Assembly (NCBI GenBank): GCA_963796055.1
Contig: CAWCKH010000004.1
Coordinates: 3,488,001 to 3,552,000 of the forward strand
From: an uncultured delta proteobacterium
Lineage (GTDB): Bacteria > Myxococcota > Myxococcia > Myxococcales > Myxococcaceae
Direction: 5' to 3'
DNA: 64,000 nucleotides
Positions within the stretch are counted from its first letter, which is position 1. Each line of letters opens with the position of its first letter. The notes under the pieces were generated by a model. That model ran no database searches and was not told the origin of the DNA. It saw only the letters and a program-made list of their open reading frames with translations. Positions 9,471 to 18,612 of this stretch are shown in pieces. Position numbers and translations under genes: made by a program.

Positions 9471-10307
9471 TCACCCCGTCAGCGGATCCCCAGCGACTTC
9501 ATCGAAGCCCTGGAGGTCGAGGCGCGTCCTCGGCCCGTACAGTTCCGTGACCCGGTTCACGAAGCGCCGGCCGAAGAGGATGTCATGGGTGGTGTACCGA
9601 TGGCCCGCCTGGACGAGCTGCCCGGTGGGGCCGTCGATGCCCACCACCGTGGCGAAGAGCTCCGCTCCGCTGGCCCGCAGGGAAGCAGGGGTGGCGCCGT
9701 GCAGGGGGCTGGAGGCATTCATGCTGTGAGTCATCGTCAGCTCGCCCGCGGAGAGCGGCGAGAGTTCGCGGGTCAGCGCGAGGTCGCGCATCCGGTGAAG
9801 CGTCTGGCCCTCGGCATCGCGCTCGGTCCGGATCAGGGTGAGACGGACGAGGGCCCCGGCGATGGAGCTCCATTGCTCGCTCCTGACCCGAACCATGAGG
9901 GTGGGCACCCCCTCCAGCGGGGTCACCACTGCGACCCGGCCGAACGCCACGTGGGGGTGGACCGCCGAGGCCCGCGCGAAGACCAGACCCGTGCCCATGA
10001 CGGTCAATATCGGTGCCAGCGCGGCCTCGATGGTCACGATCAGATTCGCGAGCAGCGACACCGGATGCATCTCGCCGTAGCCGAGGGTGGCCAGCGTCTG
10101 TACGCTGAAGAAGAAGGCGTCGGGGAACGAGCCCGGTCGGGCGTGCGCGATCCCTCCCACGGCGAGGTACACCACGGCAAAGACCAGGTTCACCGCCAGG
10201 AACAGCCCGGCGATGACCGCCAGCACGACCCCCAGGGGTGCCGAGAGGAGGCGGCGATAGCCGTTCCCGAGGACCGACGACTGCCGGGTGGGCGGGTGAA
10301 TTCTCAT
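9471..10307 (-). CDS. KirBac-type inward-rectifier potassium channel
   Basis: DAFFFSVQTLATLGYGEMHP pore/filter; TM2 ending GLVFAR; cytoplasmic domain with HSMNASSPLHG and YTTHDILFGRRF; start uncertain. Confidence 0.88.
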   Translation of the reverse strand: MRIHPPTRQSSVLGNGYRRLLSAPLGVVLAVIAGLFLAVNLVFAVVYLAVGGIAHARPGSFPDAFFFSVQTLATLGYGEMHPVSLLANLIVTIEAALAPILTVMGTGLVFARASAVHPHVAFGRVAVVTPLEGVPTLMVRVRSEQWSSIAGALVRLTLIRTERDAEGQTLHRMRDLALTRELSPLSAGELTMTHSMNASSPLHGATPASLRASGAELFATVVGIDGPTGQLVQAGHRYTTHDILFGRRFVNRVTELYGPRTRLDLQGFDEVAGDPLTG

Positions 10308-10334
10308 CGGCCGAGGGACTCCTGGACGCCAGTA

Positions 10335-10352
10335 CAACAAACTAGTTAGTTA
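10335..10352. promoter_or_regulatory. 18-bp palindromic operator upstream of the KirBac gene
   Basis: CAACAAAC-TA-GTTAGTTA, overlapping the expected -10 region of a minus-strand TTGACT at 10371-10366. Confidence 0.75.
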
Positions 10353-10464
10353 CATAGAGTCTCGAAGTCAAGCCCGGCTGTCGGCTGGCGGAGGGACGCT
10401 TCAGTCAGCCCGGGTGAGCGCGGCCGCGGAGCCCCGCCAAGGGGAAAGGGCGCTCTCCGGGGGG

Positions 10465-11121
10465 TCATGCCGTGCGCCGCTCGGGCGCGTTGTCCGGCTC
10501 CAGGAGGATGCGGCAGGCGTAGTCGACGAAGTGTTCGTCGGTGTAGTGCAGGCCGCTCCGCTCCCGGGCCAGAGTCATCACGGAGTGCTGGAGCGGGTAT
10601 CCGAGGCCCAGCGAGACCAGCGTCGAACGGAACAGCTCGGGATCCGTCGTGGCGCGCAGCTCCCCTGCCGCGCGTCCTCGCCGGACCAGCTCCGAGATGA
10701 GCTGGAGCAGAGGACCGGAGCTGTCGAGGATGATGTCGCGACCGCTCCGACCGTTGGAGAGAAGATCCCAGGGGAGGAGGCGTGAGAATTGCCGGTCCTT
10801 GATGAGCAGTCGGAAGAACCGCCGGACGATCTCTTCCAGCGCTCGACGCGGGCTCAGTTCCGCGGCGAATGCCTCGGCAAAGGAGGGGTCAGCGAACTCT
10901 CCGAACCGAGAGGAGAGGACGGCGCGGTAGAGCCCCCTCTTGTCTCCGTAGTAGGCGTAGATCAGCGCCTTGTTCGCACGGGCACGCGCGGCGATCTCGT
11001 CCACGCGCGCTCCGGCGAAGCCTTTCTCGGCAAACACCAAGGTCGCCGCGTCCAGGAGTACCTCGCGCGTTGCAGCTGCGTCCCTGGGGCGTGCGCTCTT
11101 GCGGTGTGTTGCCATCGTCAT
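10465..11121 (-). CDS. TetR/AcrR family regulator (copy 1)
   Basis: TREVLLDAATLVFAEKGFAGARVDEIAARARANKALIYAYYGDK HTH; start at 11121 or 11115. Confidence 0.93.
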   Translation of the reverse strand: MTMATHRKSARPRDAAATREVLLDAATLVFAEKGFAGARVDEIAARARANKALIYAYYGDKRGLYRAVLSSRFGEFADPSFAEAFAAELSPRRALEEIVRRFFRLLIKDRQFSRLLPWDLLSNGRSGRDIILDSSGPLLQLISELVRRGRAAGELRATTDPELFRSTLVSLGLGYPLQHSVMTLARERSGLHYTDEHFVDYACRILLEPDNAPERRTA

Positions 11122-11450
11122 GCCGCCGCGAGCCCGTGGTCGCTCGCAGCCGGGTCGTCGACGAGTCGCAGGGACGCGGTCTGCCGCATCCGCTCGATCG
11201 CCGCGCGGTACTCCTCCAGGGCCAGCACCATCGCCCACTGCCCTTCGCGGGACAGCTCGTACTGTGCTCCCACCCGTCGGACGAGACCGAGGGCGGTGAG
11301 GCGGTCGATCGTCGCCAGCGCAACCCTTCGATCGAAGGTCGGACCTCCGGCGATGGCCAGCGCCCTTCGGGCCAGCTCCGGTCTGGAGAGCGGCCGCGGC
11401 GGCAACTCGGAGAGCAGGGCGAGATCGGAAAGCGAGAGAATCGTACGCAT
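11118..11450 (-). CDS. small winged-helix-like protein (110 aa)
   Basis: MRTILSLSDLALLSEL...ATIDRLTALGLVRRVGAQYELSREG resembles a PadR/MarR-like wing; ATGA overlap with tetR. Confidence 0.6.
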   Translation of the reverse strand: MRTILSLSDLALLSELPPRPLSRPELARRALAIAGGPTFDRRVALATIDRLTALGLVRRVGAQYELSREGQWAMVLALEEYRAAIERMRQTASLRLVDDPAASDHGLAAA

Positions 11451-11482
11451 GGGCAGCACTCCAGTCACGGCGTTGCCTGATC

Positions 11483-14400
11483 TCAGGCCGCAGCCATCGG
11501 GCCACTGCTCGGGTCGAGCCTGGTGGGGGGAGCGGGAGTCGGTGCGGGAGCCGGCTCGGCGGTCTCCTTCTTCCAGGGGACGATTTTGAGATCCCGGACG
11601 AACACCGTGTACATGAGCGGCACGAGCACCAGGGTGATGACCGTGGCGATGCTCAGGCCACCGATCTGGGCGTAGCAGAGCGGCTCCCAGAGAGGTCCGC
11701 CGTGCATCGCCAGAGGGATCAGGCCCAGCACGGTGGCGCCCACGGTGATCATCACCGGCCGGAGCCGCACGATGCCGGCCTCGATGAGCGCGTCCTCCAG
11801 ATCGCGGCCGTGATGGTGCGCCTCCTCGATGAAGTCGAAGAGCACGATGACGTGGCTGACGATGACCCCGATGAGGCTGGCCACGCCCAGGAAGGCCATG
11901 AAGCCGAAGGGCTGGTGCATGATCGCCAGCATCGCCAGGGCGCCGCACATTCCGTAGGGGATCGCCCCGAACACCAGGAGGGGCTTCACCGCGCTGTCGA
12001 ACTGGAAGACCAGCGCGAAGTAGATCAGGGCCATGGAGATGATCATGACCAGCGACATCTCCGCGAAGCCCTTGACCTGCTCGTCGTACTCGCCGCCGAT
12101 CTCGATGCGGTAGCCGGGAGGGAGGGCGGCGGTGATTGTGTCGATCGTCGGGCGTGCGGCGTTCAGGACCTCGGACGGGAGATGATCGGGGAGCGGGTAC
12201 GCGGAGACGGTGATCGTCCGCACCTGGTTCCGCCGCTGGATCTTGGAGGGGGACAGCTCGCGCCCGATCCGGGCGACCTGGCGCAGTGGAACGCTCTGCG
12301 CGGTGCTGGCCGAGAACACGTAGGCATTGGCGAGGTCTGCCAGGCGAGCCCGGTCCTCGAGGCGGAGCCGCGGCACGATGGGGATCTGGCGATCACCCTC
12401 CCGGTAATGGCCCACCGGAGTTCCGGAGATGGCCGTCTGGGTGGAGAGGGCCACGTCGAGTCGGCTGACGCCCGAGAGATTCGCCCGGTCGTCGTCGATC
12501 GCGATGTGGGTCCTCAGGCCCGGAGGGCCCCAGTTGTCGCGGACCCGGGCGGCGAGGGGAGCTGCCCGGAGGGCGTCGGCCACCTGGCCGGAGATCTTCC
12601 GCAGCGTGTCGATGTCCTCTCCGGAGACCCGGATGGAGACCGGGATCCCCACCGGCTTGCCGGTCTCGAGCTGCCGGACGTCGATCCGGGCCCCCGGGAC
12701 CCGGGCGGTGAGCGCCGTCTGGATCGGGCCGACGAGCTCCTTGGTGAGGTGCTTGTCCGTCACCTCGACGATGATCTGCGCGTAGTTGATCTGCTGCTGC
12801 TCCGGCTCGATGGAGAACCAGAACCGCGGGCCGGCCCCACCGACGAAGCTGGTGAGGCTGCGGAGGACGTTGGGGTGCTTGTGGTGCTTGCCGAACTCGT
12901 CGGCCACCTCGCGGATGACGCGCTCGGCCTCGACCGTGGCCTGGTTGGTGGCCGAGAGGGTGGCGTCCTCCGGCGTCCAGACGTCGATGTAGGAGAGATA
13001 CGAGAGGTCCTTGGGGAAGAACTGCGTCTTCGCCTGGTACATGAGGACGCCGCCCCCGGCGAGGACGAGCGTGGAGGCACCGAGCACCGCCCATCGCCGG
13101 CGGATCGCCGCCGAGACCATGCGCGAGTACCAGCCGGTGAAGCCTCTCCGACGGCGCTCCTCGATGGGCGTCTCCGGTTTGGCCGGCTTCATGAGACCGA
13201 AGGCGATGAGGGGGATGAAGCTGAAGGAGACGATGAACGCCGCGACCAGGGTCGTGGTCATCACGATGGGAAGGCTGTGCAGGAACCGGCCCGTGTCTCC
13301 GGTGAGCATGAGGAACGGCAGGTAGGCCACGATGTTGGTGAGGGTGGCGAAGAAGATCGCCCGCGCCAGCCGGGTCGGGCCGATCCACGCGGCGACGCCC
13401 TTGGGCTGCCCCTCCGCGAGCTCTCGGGCGATCGCGTCTCCCGCGACCACCGGCATGTCGACCAGCAGCCCGAGGGCGATGATCAGGGTGGCGATCGACA
13501 CCTGCTGGATGTCGACGCCCAGCATCAGCATGGCCGCGAAGCCGAGGGCCAGGCTGAGGGGGATGGAGGTGGCGATGAGGAGCGCGGAGCGCCAGCTCCA
13601 GAAGCCGAGCAGGGAGACGATGACCACCAGGAAGATCGCCTCGTAGAGGCTGGTCATGAACAGCGAGACGTTCTCCGCCACCTGCCGTGGCTGATCGCTG
13701 GTCCGGGCCATGATCAGGTCGGGGGGGAGCTTCCGGCGCAGGTGCTCGAGCATGCCGTCCACCGCCACGGCGAAATCGCCGACCTGCTTCCCGGAACGCA
13801 TCATCAGCGCCAGGGTGACTGCGCGGTTCCTCTGCCACTGCCCGTGCCCGTCGGGGGCGTAGAGGTAATTCAGGAAGCGCGGTGGGCTGTCGTAGCCGCG
13901 TGAGAGCGAGGCGACGTCCCGGAGGTAGACCGGCGTGCCACCGGCGCTGCTGCCGATGAGCATGTTCTCCATGTTCCGGAAGCTCTCGTCACGGACGTTG
14001 GGGTCGAGGACCACGTGGCGGTCGTTCACGTCGAAGATGCCGCCGGGCAGGGTCATGTTCCGGCTGGCCACCGCCTGGGCGATCTGCGACGGCTGCATCC
14101 TGGAGGACGCCAGCCGCTGCTGGTCGTAGTCGATGAAGATCTGCTCCCCCAGGACACCACTGCGGGACACCTTGGAGACGATGGGGACGCTCATCATCAC
14201 CCGCTCGATCTCGTGCGTGAAGTCGTCGATCTGCCGGTAGCTGTAGAGGTCGCCGGCCACCTCGGCGAGGCGGTCCGGGGCCTCGGCGGGGTTCCGGATG
14301 AACGCCGGGCGCCACGCATCCGGGTGCAGGTCCGGGTTTCCGAGCCTCTCGCGGAGGAAGTTGTCGGTGTACTCGCGGAGCTGCGCCTCGGTCCGGTCGG

Positions 14401-15109
14401 TCACCAGATCGAGCCCGGAGCAGCCCGCCGCGGACACCGGGTGCGCCTCACGGGCCACGCCATCGTGCATCGCCTGGCCGGCGAAGAGCGACAGGGGCCG
14501 CTCGACCGTCGAGGTCGGCACTGTCGAGGGGAAGCAGAACATGGCGGTGAGCCGCCCCTCGGCGGGCGCGCCTCCGCGCACCTGGTCGATGGCCTTCTGG
14601 ACGGCGAGCCCCCGGATGCGGACCTCGGTCGGCCCCACCTTGGGACTGGCCACGGTCAGCATCAGCGTCGCCGTGTCGCCGAAGTCGCTGACCCAGTTCA
14701 CCGGGCCGGCGCCGGGCGGCAGACCGGAGATGTTCGTCACCCGGTTGCCGATGTCAGCGAACTGCTCCACGGTGTCGGCGATGTCGTCGTGCAGGTGCAC
14801 CAGCACCACCGCGACGCCATCGCGGGTGGTGGTCTCGATCTTCTTGACCTTGGAGTTCCCGGCGGCGGCCTCCTCGATCTTCCGGGTGACGAGCTCCTCC
14901 ACCCGGTCCGCCGGGACGCCCGGCCAGGGACAGACCGCCAGCGCGATCCGCACCGGGATGTCCGGGTCCTTTCGCTTCGGCATCCGCTTGTATCCGGCGA
15001 CACCCGCGGCGATGGAGAGGACCAGGAGGGCCCAGGCGACCTGTCGATGCTGAACGAAGAAGCGGGCCAGATTGAAGCCCTTCATCTGCGACGGATTCAC
15101 GTCGTTCAT
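11483..15109 (-). CDS. RND efflux transporter permease (AcrB/AcrD/AcrF family)
   Basis: 1208 aa; LIIALGLLVD, RLRPVMIT..LGLIPLA..GGPLWEPL. Confidence 0.95.
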   Translation of the reverse strand: MNDVNPSQMKGFNLARFFVQHRQVAWALLVLSIAAGVAGYKRMPKRKDPDIPVRIALAVCPWPGVPADRVEELVTRKIEEAAAGNSKVKKIETTTRDGVAVVLVHLHDDIADTVEQFADIGNRVTNISGLPPGAGPVNWVSDFGDTATLMLTVASPKVGPTEVRIRGLAVQKAIDQVRGGAPAEGRLTAMFCFPSTVPTSTVERPLSLFAGQAMHDGVAREAHPVSAAGCSGLDLVTDRTEAQLREYTDNFLRERLGNPDLHPDAWRPAFIRNPAEAPDRLAEVAGDLYSYRQIDDFTHEIERVMMSVPIVSKVSRSGVLGEQIFIDYDQQRLASSRMQPSQIAQAVASRNMTLPGGIFDVNDRHVVLDPNVRDESFRNMENMLIGSSAGGTPVYLRDVASLSRGYDSPPRFLNYLYAPDGHGQWQRNRAVTLALMMRSGKQVGDFAVAVDGMLEHLRRKLPPDLIMARTSDQPRQVAENVSLFMTSLYEAIFLVVIVSLLGFWSWRSALLIATSIPLSLALGFAAMLMLGVDIQQVSIATLIIALGLLVDMPVVAGDAIARELAEGQPKGVAAWIGPTRLARAIFFATLTNIVAYLPFLMLTGDTGRFLHSLPIVMTTTLVAAFIVSFSFIPLIAFGLMKPAKPETPIEERRRRGFTGWYSRMVSAAIRRRWAVLGASTLVLAGGGVLMYQAKTQFFPKDLSYLSYIDVWTPEDATLSATNQATVEAERVIREVADEFGKHHKHPNVLRSLTSFVGGAGPRFWFSIEPEQQQINYAQIIVEVTDKHLTKELVGPIQTALTARVPGARIDVRQLETGKPVGIPVSIRVSGEDIDTLRKISGQVADALRAAPLAARVRDNWGPPGLRTHIAIDDDRANLSGVSRLDVALSTQTAISGTPVGHYREGDRQIPIVPRLRLEDRARLADLANAYVFSASTAQSVPLRQVARIGRELSPSKIQRRNQVRTITVSAYPLPDHLPSEVLNAARPTIDTITAALPPGYRIEIGGEYDEQVKGFAEMSLVMIISMALIYFALVFQFDSAVKPLLVFGAIPYGMCGALAMLAIMHQPFGFMAFLGVASLIGVIVSHVIVLFDFIEEAHHHGRDLEDALIEAGIVRLRPVMITVGATVLGLIPLAMHGGPLWEPLCYAQIGGLSIATVITLVLVPLMYTVFVRDLKIVPWKKETAEPAPAPTPAPPTRLDPSSGPMAAA

Positions 15110-16230
15110 GGCTGCTCCTGGGGTACGACCTCGACGCGCTCACCGTCGATGACCATGGTCGCCCCGGTGGTGATGACCTGCTCGCCGCGGTTCAGGCCCT
15201 GGGTGACCGCGACGCGGTTGCCCACCACGTCTCCGAGCACGACCTCCCGGATCCTGGCACGGGGGTTCGTGCCCGCGCCGTCGACGACCATCACCGCGAA
15301 CTGCTCCTTGCTCTTGAGGCTGGGAACGAAGGCCGTGAGCGGGAGAAGCGGGATGGCGGCGTGGCCTCCCGCGGACTTCAGCTCCACCGCCGCGATCATC
15401 CCGGGCTTCCAGAGACGGTCGGGGTTGGGGACCTCCACCTCCACGTCGAAGTTACGGGTGACGGAATCAGCGATGGCGGCGATCCGGCTCACCTTGGCCG
15501 CGAAGCTCTTGCCCGGGAGGGCATCCGTGGTGACGACCACGTCCTGTCCCAGCTGGACCCCGTGAAGGGCGGTGTCGGGCAGGCCGAGCACGACCTTGAC
15601 GCTGCTGACGTCGCCGATGACGAAGGCCGGCAATCCCGGGCCGGTGTACGCGCCCGGCTCGACGCTCTTCTTCATCACGTCGCCGTCCACGGGGACGGTC
15701 AGCGCGGTGTCCCGGAGCCCCACCTGCGCCTCGGCCAGAAGGGCCTCGGCCGCGGCGAGCTGCGCCCGGGTGCCGTCGCGCTGGGCGGTGGCGTTCTCCA
15801 TCTCCGGGCGGGTGATGCTCTGGGTGGCGAAGAGGCGCTGGGCTCGCTCGAAATCGAGCCGGGCCTTCTCCGCGGCTGCCCGGGCGGCGGCGACCTGACC
15901 GGTGGCCTGGCCCACCTTGTCCCGGTACTCCGCGTCACGGAGTCGGGCAATCACCTCACCCTTGCGGACGCGATCGCCCTCGCCGACGGCGCGGGTCCGG
16001 CCATCGCTGCTCTTCACCTGCATCAGCTCGGTCACGTAGCCGGGGCCGCGGAACGCGAGCGGGACGGTCGCCTTGGCCTGGGCGACGGCCGAGTAGGTGT
16101 CCGCGCTGCCCATCGCCTTGCCGGATCCCACCACCTCGGTGCGGACGGCCGGGGCTGGCTTCTCTGGGGAGCGGGAAGAGCAGGCGCCCAGCAGGCACGC
16201 CCCCGCCAACAACAGGTCACGAGTTCTCAT
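15106..16230 (-). CDS. RND periplasmic adaptor (MFP) lipoprotein
   Basis: Lipobox LLGAC; GDRVRKGEVIARL; VPNPDRLWKPGM; GLNRGEQVITTG. Confidence 0.93.
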   Translation of the reverse strand: MRTRDLLLAGACLLGACSSRSPEKPAPAVRTEVVGSGKAMGSADTYSAVAQAKATVPLAFRGPGYVTELMQVKSSDGRTRAVGEGDRVRKGEVIARLRDAEYRDKVGQATGQVAAARAAAEKARLDFERAQRLFATQSITRPEMENATAQRDGTRAQLAAAEALLAEAQVGLRDTALTVPVDGDVMKKSVEPGAYTGPGLPAFVIGDVSSVKVVLGLPDTALHGVQLGQDVVVTTDALPGKSFAAKVSRIAAIADSVTRNFDVEVEVPNPDRLWKPGMIAAVELKSAGGHAAIPLLPLTAFVPSLKSKEQFAVMVVDGAGTNPRARIREVVLGDVVGNRVAVTQGLNRGEQVITTGATMVIDGERVEVVPQEQP

Positions 16231-17575
16231 CGCCGATTGTCCTCTCGAGTTCCGCGGTCGCCGACCAGTAGCCGGCGAGCGCATCAGTGAAGTCATGCCG
16301 GGCCGCGGACAGCCGGGCCTGGGCCTCGAGGACGTCGTTCAGCAGCGTCGCGTCCTCGCGATACTTGTTCCGGAGGTCATCGAGGTAGGCCTTGGCGGCT
16401 TCCTCCGAGAGATGCGCGGCCTCGAGCCGGGCCGCGGCGTCCTTCACCCCGCGCCAGCGCTGCCCCACCTCGACCTCGACCTTCTGCTCCGTTTCCTGCC
16501 GGCCTTGCCGCGCCTTGTCCGCGGCGACCTTCTGCTCGTGGGCCTCGTGACCGCGCCGCCCCCAGTCCCACGGCTCCCAGCTCAGCCACAGGCCCACCGT
16601 CATGACCTCCTTGGGAAGCACCTGGTAGTTGAAGTTCTTGGCGTAGGTCCCCAGGAGCGTGAGGTCGGGGATCCACCCGGAATTGGCGATCCGCCGGGCG
16701 TTCTCGGCCTGGTCGACCTGGAGCGCGATCTTCCGGATCTCGGGGCGGTTCTCCACCGCGCGCTGCCGAGCCTCCCCCAGAGGGACGGCGGCCCTGCTCG
16801 CCACCACCTGGGACGGATCGCTGACCCGAAAGGGCGTGTTGATGTCGCGACCGAGCAGCTGGTTGAGGTGCTCGTGCTCCGTGGCCAGCTCGCTCTCCGA
16901 GGCGGACAGGCGCTGGCGCTCGCGCGCAAGCCGGGCCTTGACCTCCAGCGCCTCCGAGCGAAGGACCCTGCCCTCCGCGAGGTAGCGGCCGGTCAGCTTG
17001 TCGACGTCCTCGATGGCGTGGACCAGGTCCTCCAGCGCGCTCACGCCGGCCTCGGTCGCCGAGACCTTGTAGTACGAGCTCTTCACCTCGGCGACGATGC
17101 GCTGCCGGTCCTTCCGGAGGTCCTCCTGGGCCACCGCCTGGTCCAGCCGGGCCGCCTCGAGGTTCAGGCCAATCCGGTACTGCTGGATGATCGGCTGGGC
17201 GATGGTCGCGGTCACAGTCCCCGAGAAGCCGGTGGGAACGCTCACCGAGGTGTCGGTGGCGGGAATCGGGCCGACCCCCGGGTAGGTGCCGAACGAGCCG
17301 GCGTTGAAGGGGAAGTCCATCGACTTGAGGAGCCGGTTGCCGATCGCGTCGAACTTGAAGGCGGGGAAGCGCCGGGTCACCACCGCCGCGGAACGCTCCT
17401 CGAGCCGCTCGAGCTCGAGCTCGCTCGCCGCGAGCCCGTGATTCTGATGGGACGCAATGGAGACCGCGTCGTCGAGCCGCAGAAGCGGGCCGGTTGCCTC
17501 GCTCGCATTGGCCGGAAGTATCGTCGCCACCAGCACCAGCGCGGCCGTGGCAGCGGACCAGGGAACTCGAATCAC
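16217..17575 (-). CDS. TolC family outer-membrane efflux protein
   Basis: Signal peptide; LRLDDAVSIA, EVKSSYY, AVENRPEI, ATAELERTIG; GTG start after GGAGG. Confidence 0.9.
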   Translation of the reverse strand: MIRVPWSAATAALVLVATILPANASEATGPLLRLDDAVSIASHQNHGLAASELELERLEERSAAVVTRRFPAFKFDAIGNRLLKSMDFPFNAGSFGTYPGVGPIPATDTSVSVPTGFSGTVTATIAQPIIQQYRIGLNLEAARLDQAVAQEDLRKDRQRIVAEVKSSYYKVSATEAGVSALEDLVHAIEDVDKLTGRYLAEGRVLRSEALEVKARLARERQRLSASESELATEHEHLNQLLGRDINTPFRVSDPSQVVASRAAVPLGEARQRAVENRPEIRKIALQVDQAENARRIANSGWIPDLTLLGTYAKNFNYQVLPKEVMTVGLWLSWEPWDWGRRGHEAHEQKVAADKARQGRQETEQKVEVEVGQRWRGVKDAAARLEAAHLSEEAAKAYLDDLRNKYREDATLLNDVLEAQARLSAARHDFTDALAGYWSATAELERTIGDENS

Positions 17576-17596
17576 GGAGACCTCCCAAACTCGACA

Positions 17597-17636
17597 GAAC
17601 TAACCGTTTAGTTACGACGAAGTAACTAGTTAGTTA
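17597..17636. promoter_or_regulatory. tandem pair of 18-bp operators upstream of tolC
   Basis: GAACTAAC-CG-TTTAGTTA (17597-17614) and GAAGTAAC-TA-GTTAGTTA (17619-17636), starts 22 bp apart; minus-strand TTGACA at 17655-17650. Confidence 0.8.
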
Positions 17637-17879
17637 TGTCCAGTCGAGATGTCAAGGGGAGCTGCGCGAGGACCATCGACGCCCGTGATTTCACCCGCTT
17701 GCGGACGGGATCGGGCTCGGGCGGGAAGGAGGGCAGCCCTTCGTCAGGGTCGCCGCCGCGGAACGTCGGTCGGTCAGGACGCGGGGCAGGGGATGCGGGT
17801 CGTTGGCACCGGAGCACGGGGCCCGCGGCGCGGGACGAGCGCCCGGTGAGGGCCTTCGACCCTCGCAGTCAGCGGAGGG

Positions 17880-18530
17880 TCACGCCGTGCGGCGCTCGGG
17901 TTCGCTCCCGGAGTCTAGGAGCATGCGGCAGACGTACTCGACGAACTGCTCGTCGGTGCGGCGCTCGCCGCTCTGCTCCCGGGCCAGGGTCATCACCGAG
18001 TGCTGGAGCACGTAGCCCAGCCCCATGGAGAACAGCGCCGAGCGGAAGAGCTCGGCGTCGGTGCTCGCCCGCAGTTCCCCCGTCGCACGCCCCCGGTCCA
18101 CCAGCTCGGAGATGAGGCCGAGCAGAGGGCCGGAGCTCTCCAGGATGATGCCCCGGCCGCTCTTGCCGTTGGAGAGCAGATCCCAGGCCAGGAGCCGGGC
18201 GAACGGACGATCCTTGAGCAGCAACCGGAAGAACCGCCGGACGATGTCCTCCAGGGCTCGACGCGGTCCGACCTCGGCGGCGACCGCCTTGGAGAAGGCC
18301 GGGTCGGCGAACTCGTGCAGGTGAGCGCCGAGGACGGCGCGGTAGATGCCCGTCTTGTCCCCGTAGTAGGCGTAGATCAGCGCCTTGTTCACCCCGGCCC
18401 GCGCGGCGATCTCGTCCACGCGCGCGCCGGCGAACCCCTGCTCGGCGAACACCATCGTTGCCGCATCGAGGAGCACCTCCCGCGTCGCGGCTGCGTCTCT
18501 CGGGCGCGAAGTCTTTCGATGCCGTGCCAT
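17880..18530 (-). CDS. TetR/AcrR family regulator (copy 2)
   Basis: Same length as copy 1 (from its 11115 start) and highly similar, with the same NKALIYAYY helix and C-terminal ERRTA. Confidence 0.93.
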   Translation of the reverse strand: MARHRKTSRPRDAAATREVLLDAATMVFAEQGFAGARVDEIAARAGVNKALIYAYYGDKTGIYRAVLGAHLHEFADPAFSKAVAAEVGPRRALEDIVRRFFRLLLKDRPFARLLAWDLLSNGKSGRGIILESSGPLLGLISELVDRGRATGELRASTDAELFRSALFSMGLGYVLQHSVMTLAREQSGERRTDEQFVEYVCRMLLDSGSEPERRTA

Positions 18531-18542
18531 CTGGGTATCATC

Positions 18543-18560
18543 TAACCAACGAGTTGGTTA
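18543..18560. promoter_or_regulatory. perfect 18-bp palindrome, probable TetR autoregulatory operator
   Basis: TAACCAAC-GA-GTTGGTTA, 12 nt upstream of the tetR ATG, next to a minus-strand TTGCAT (18566-18561). Confidence 0.8.
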
Positions 18561-18612
18561 ATGCAAATTGTTTCGGTTTGAACTGCCAGGGGCGCACCGA
18601 ACGGGACGACCG

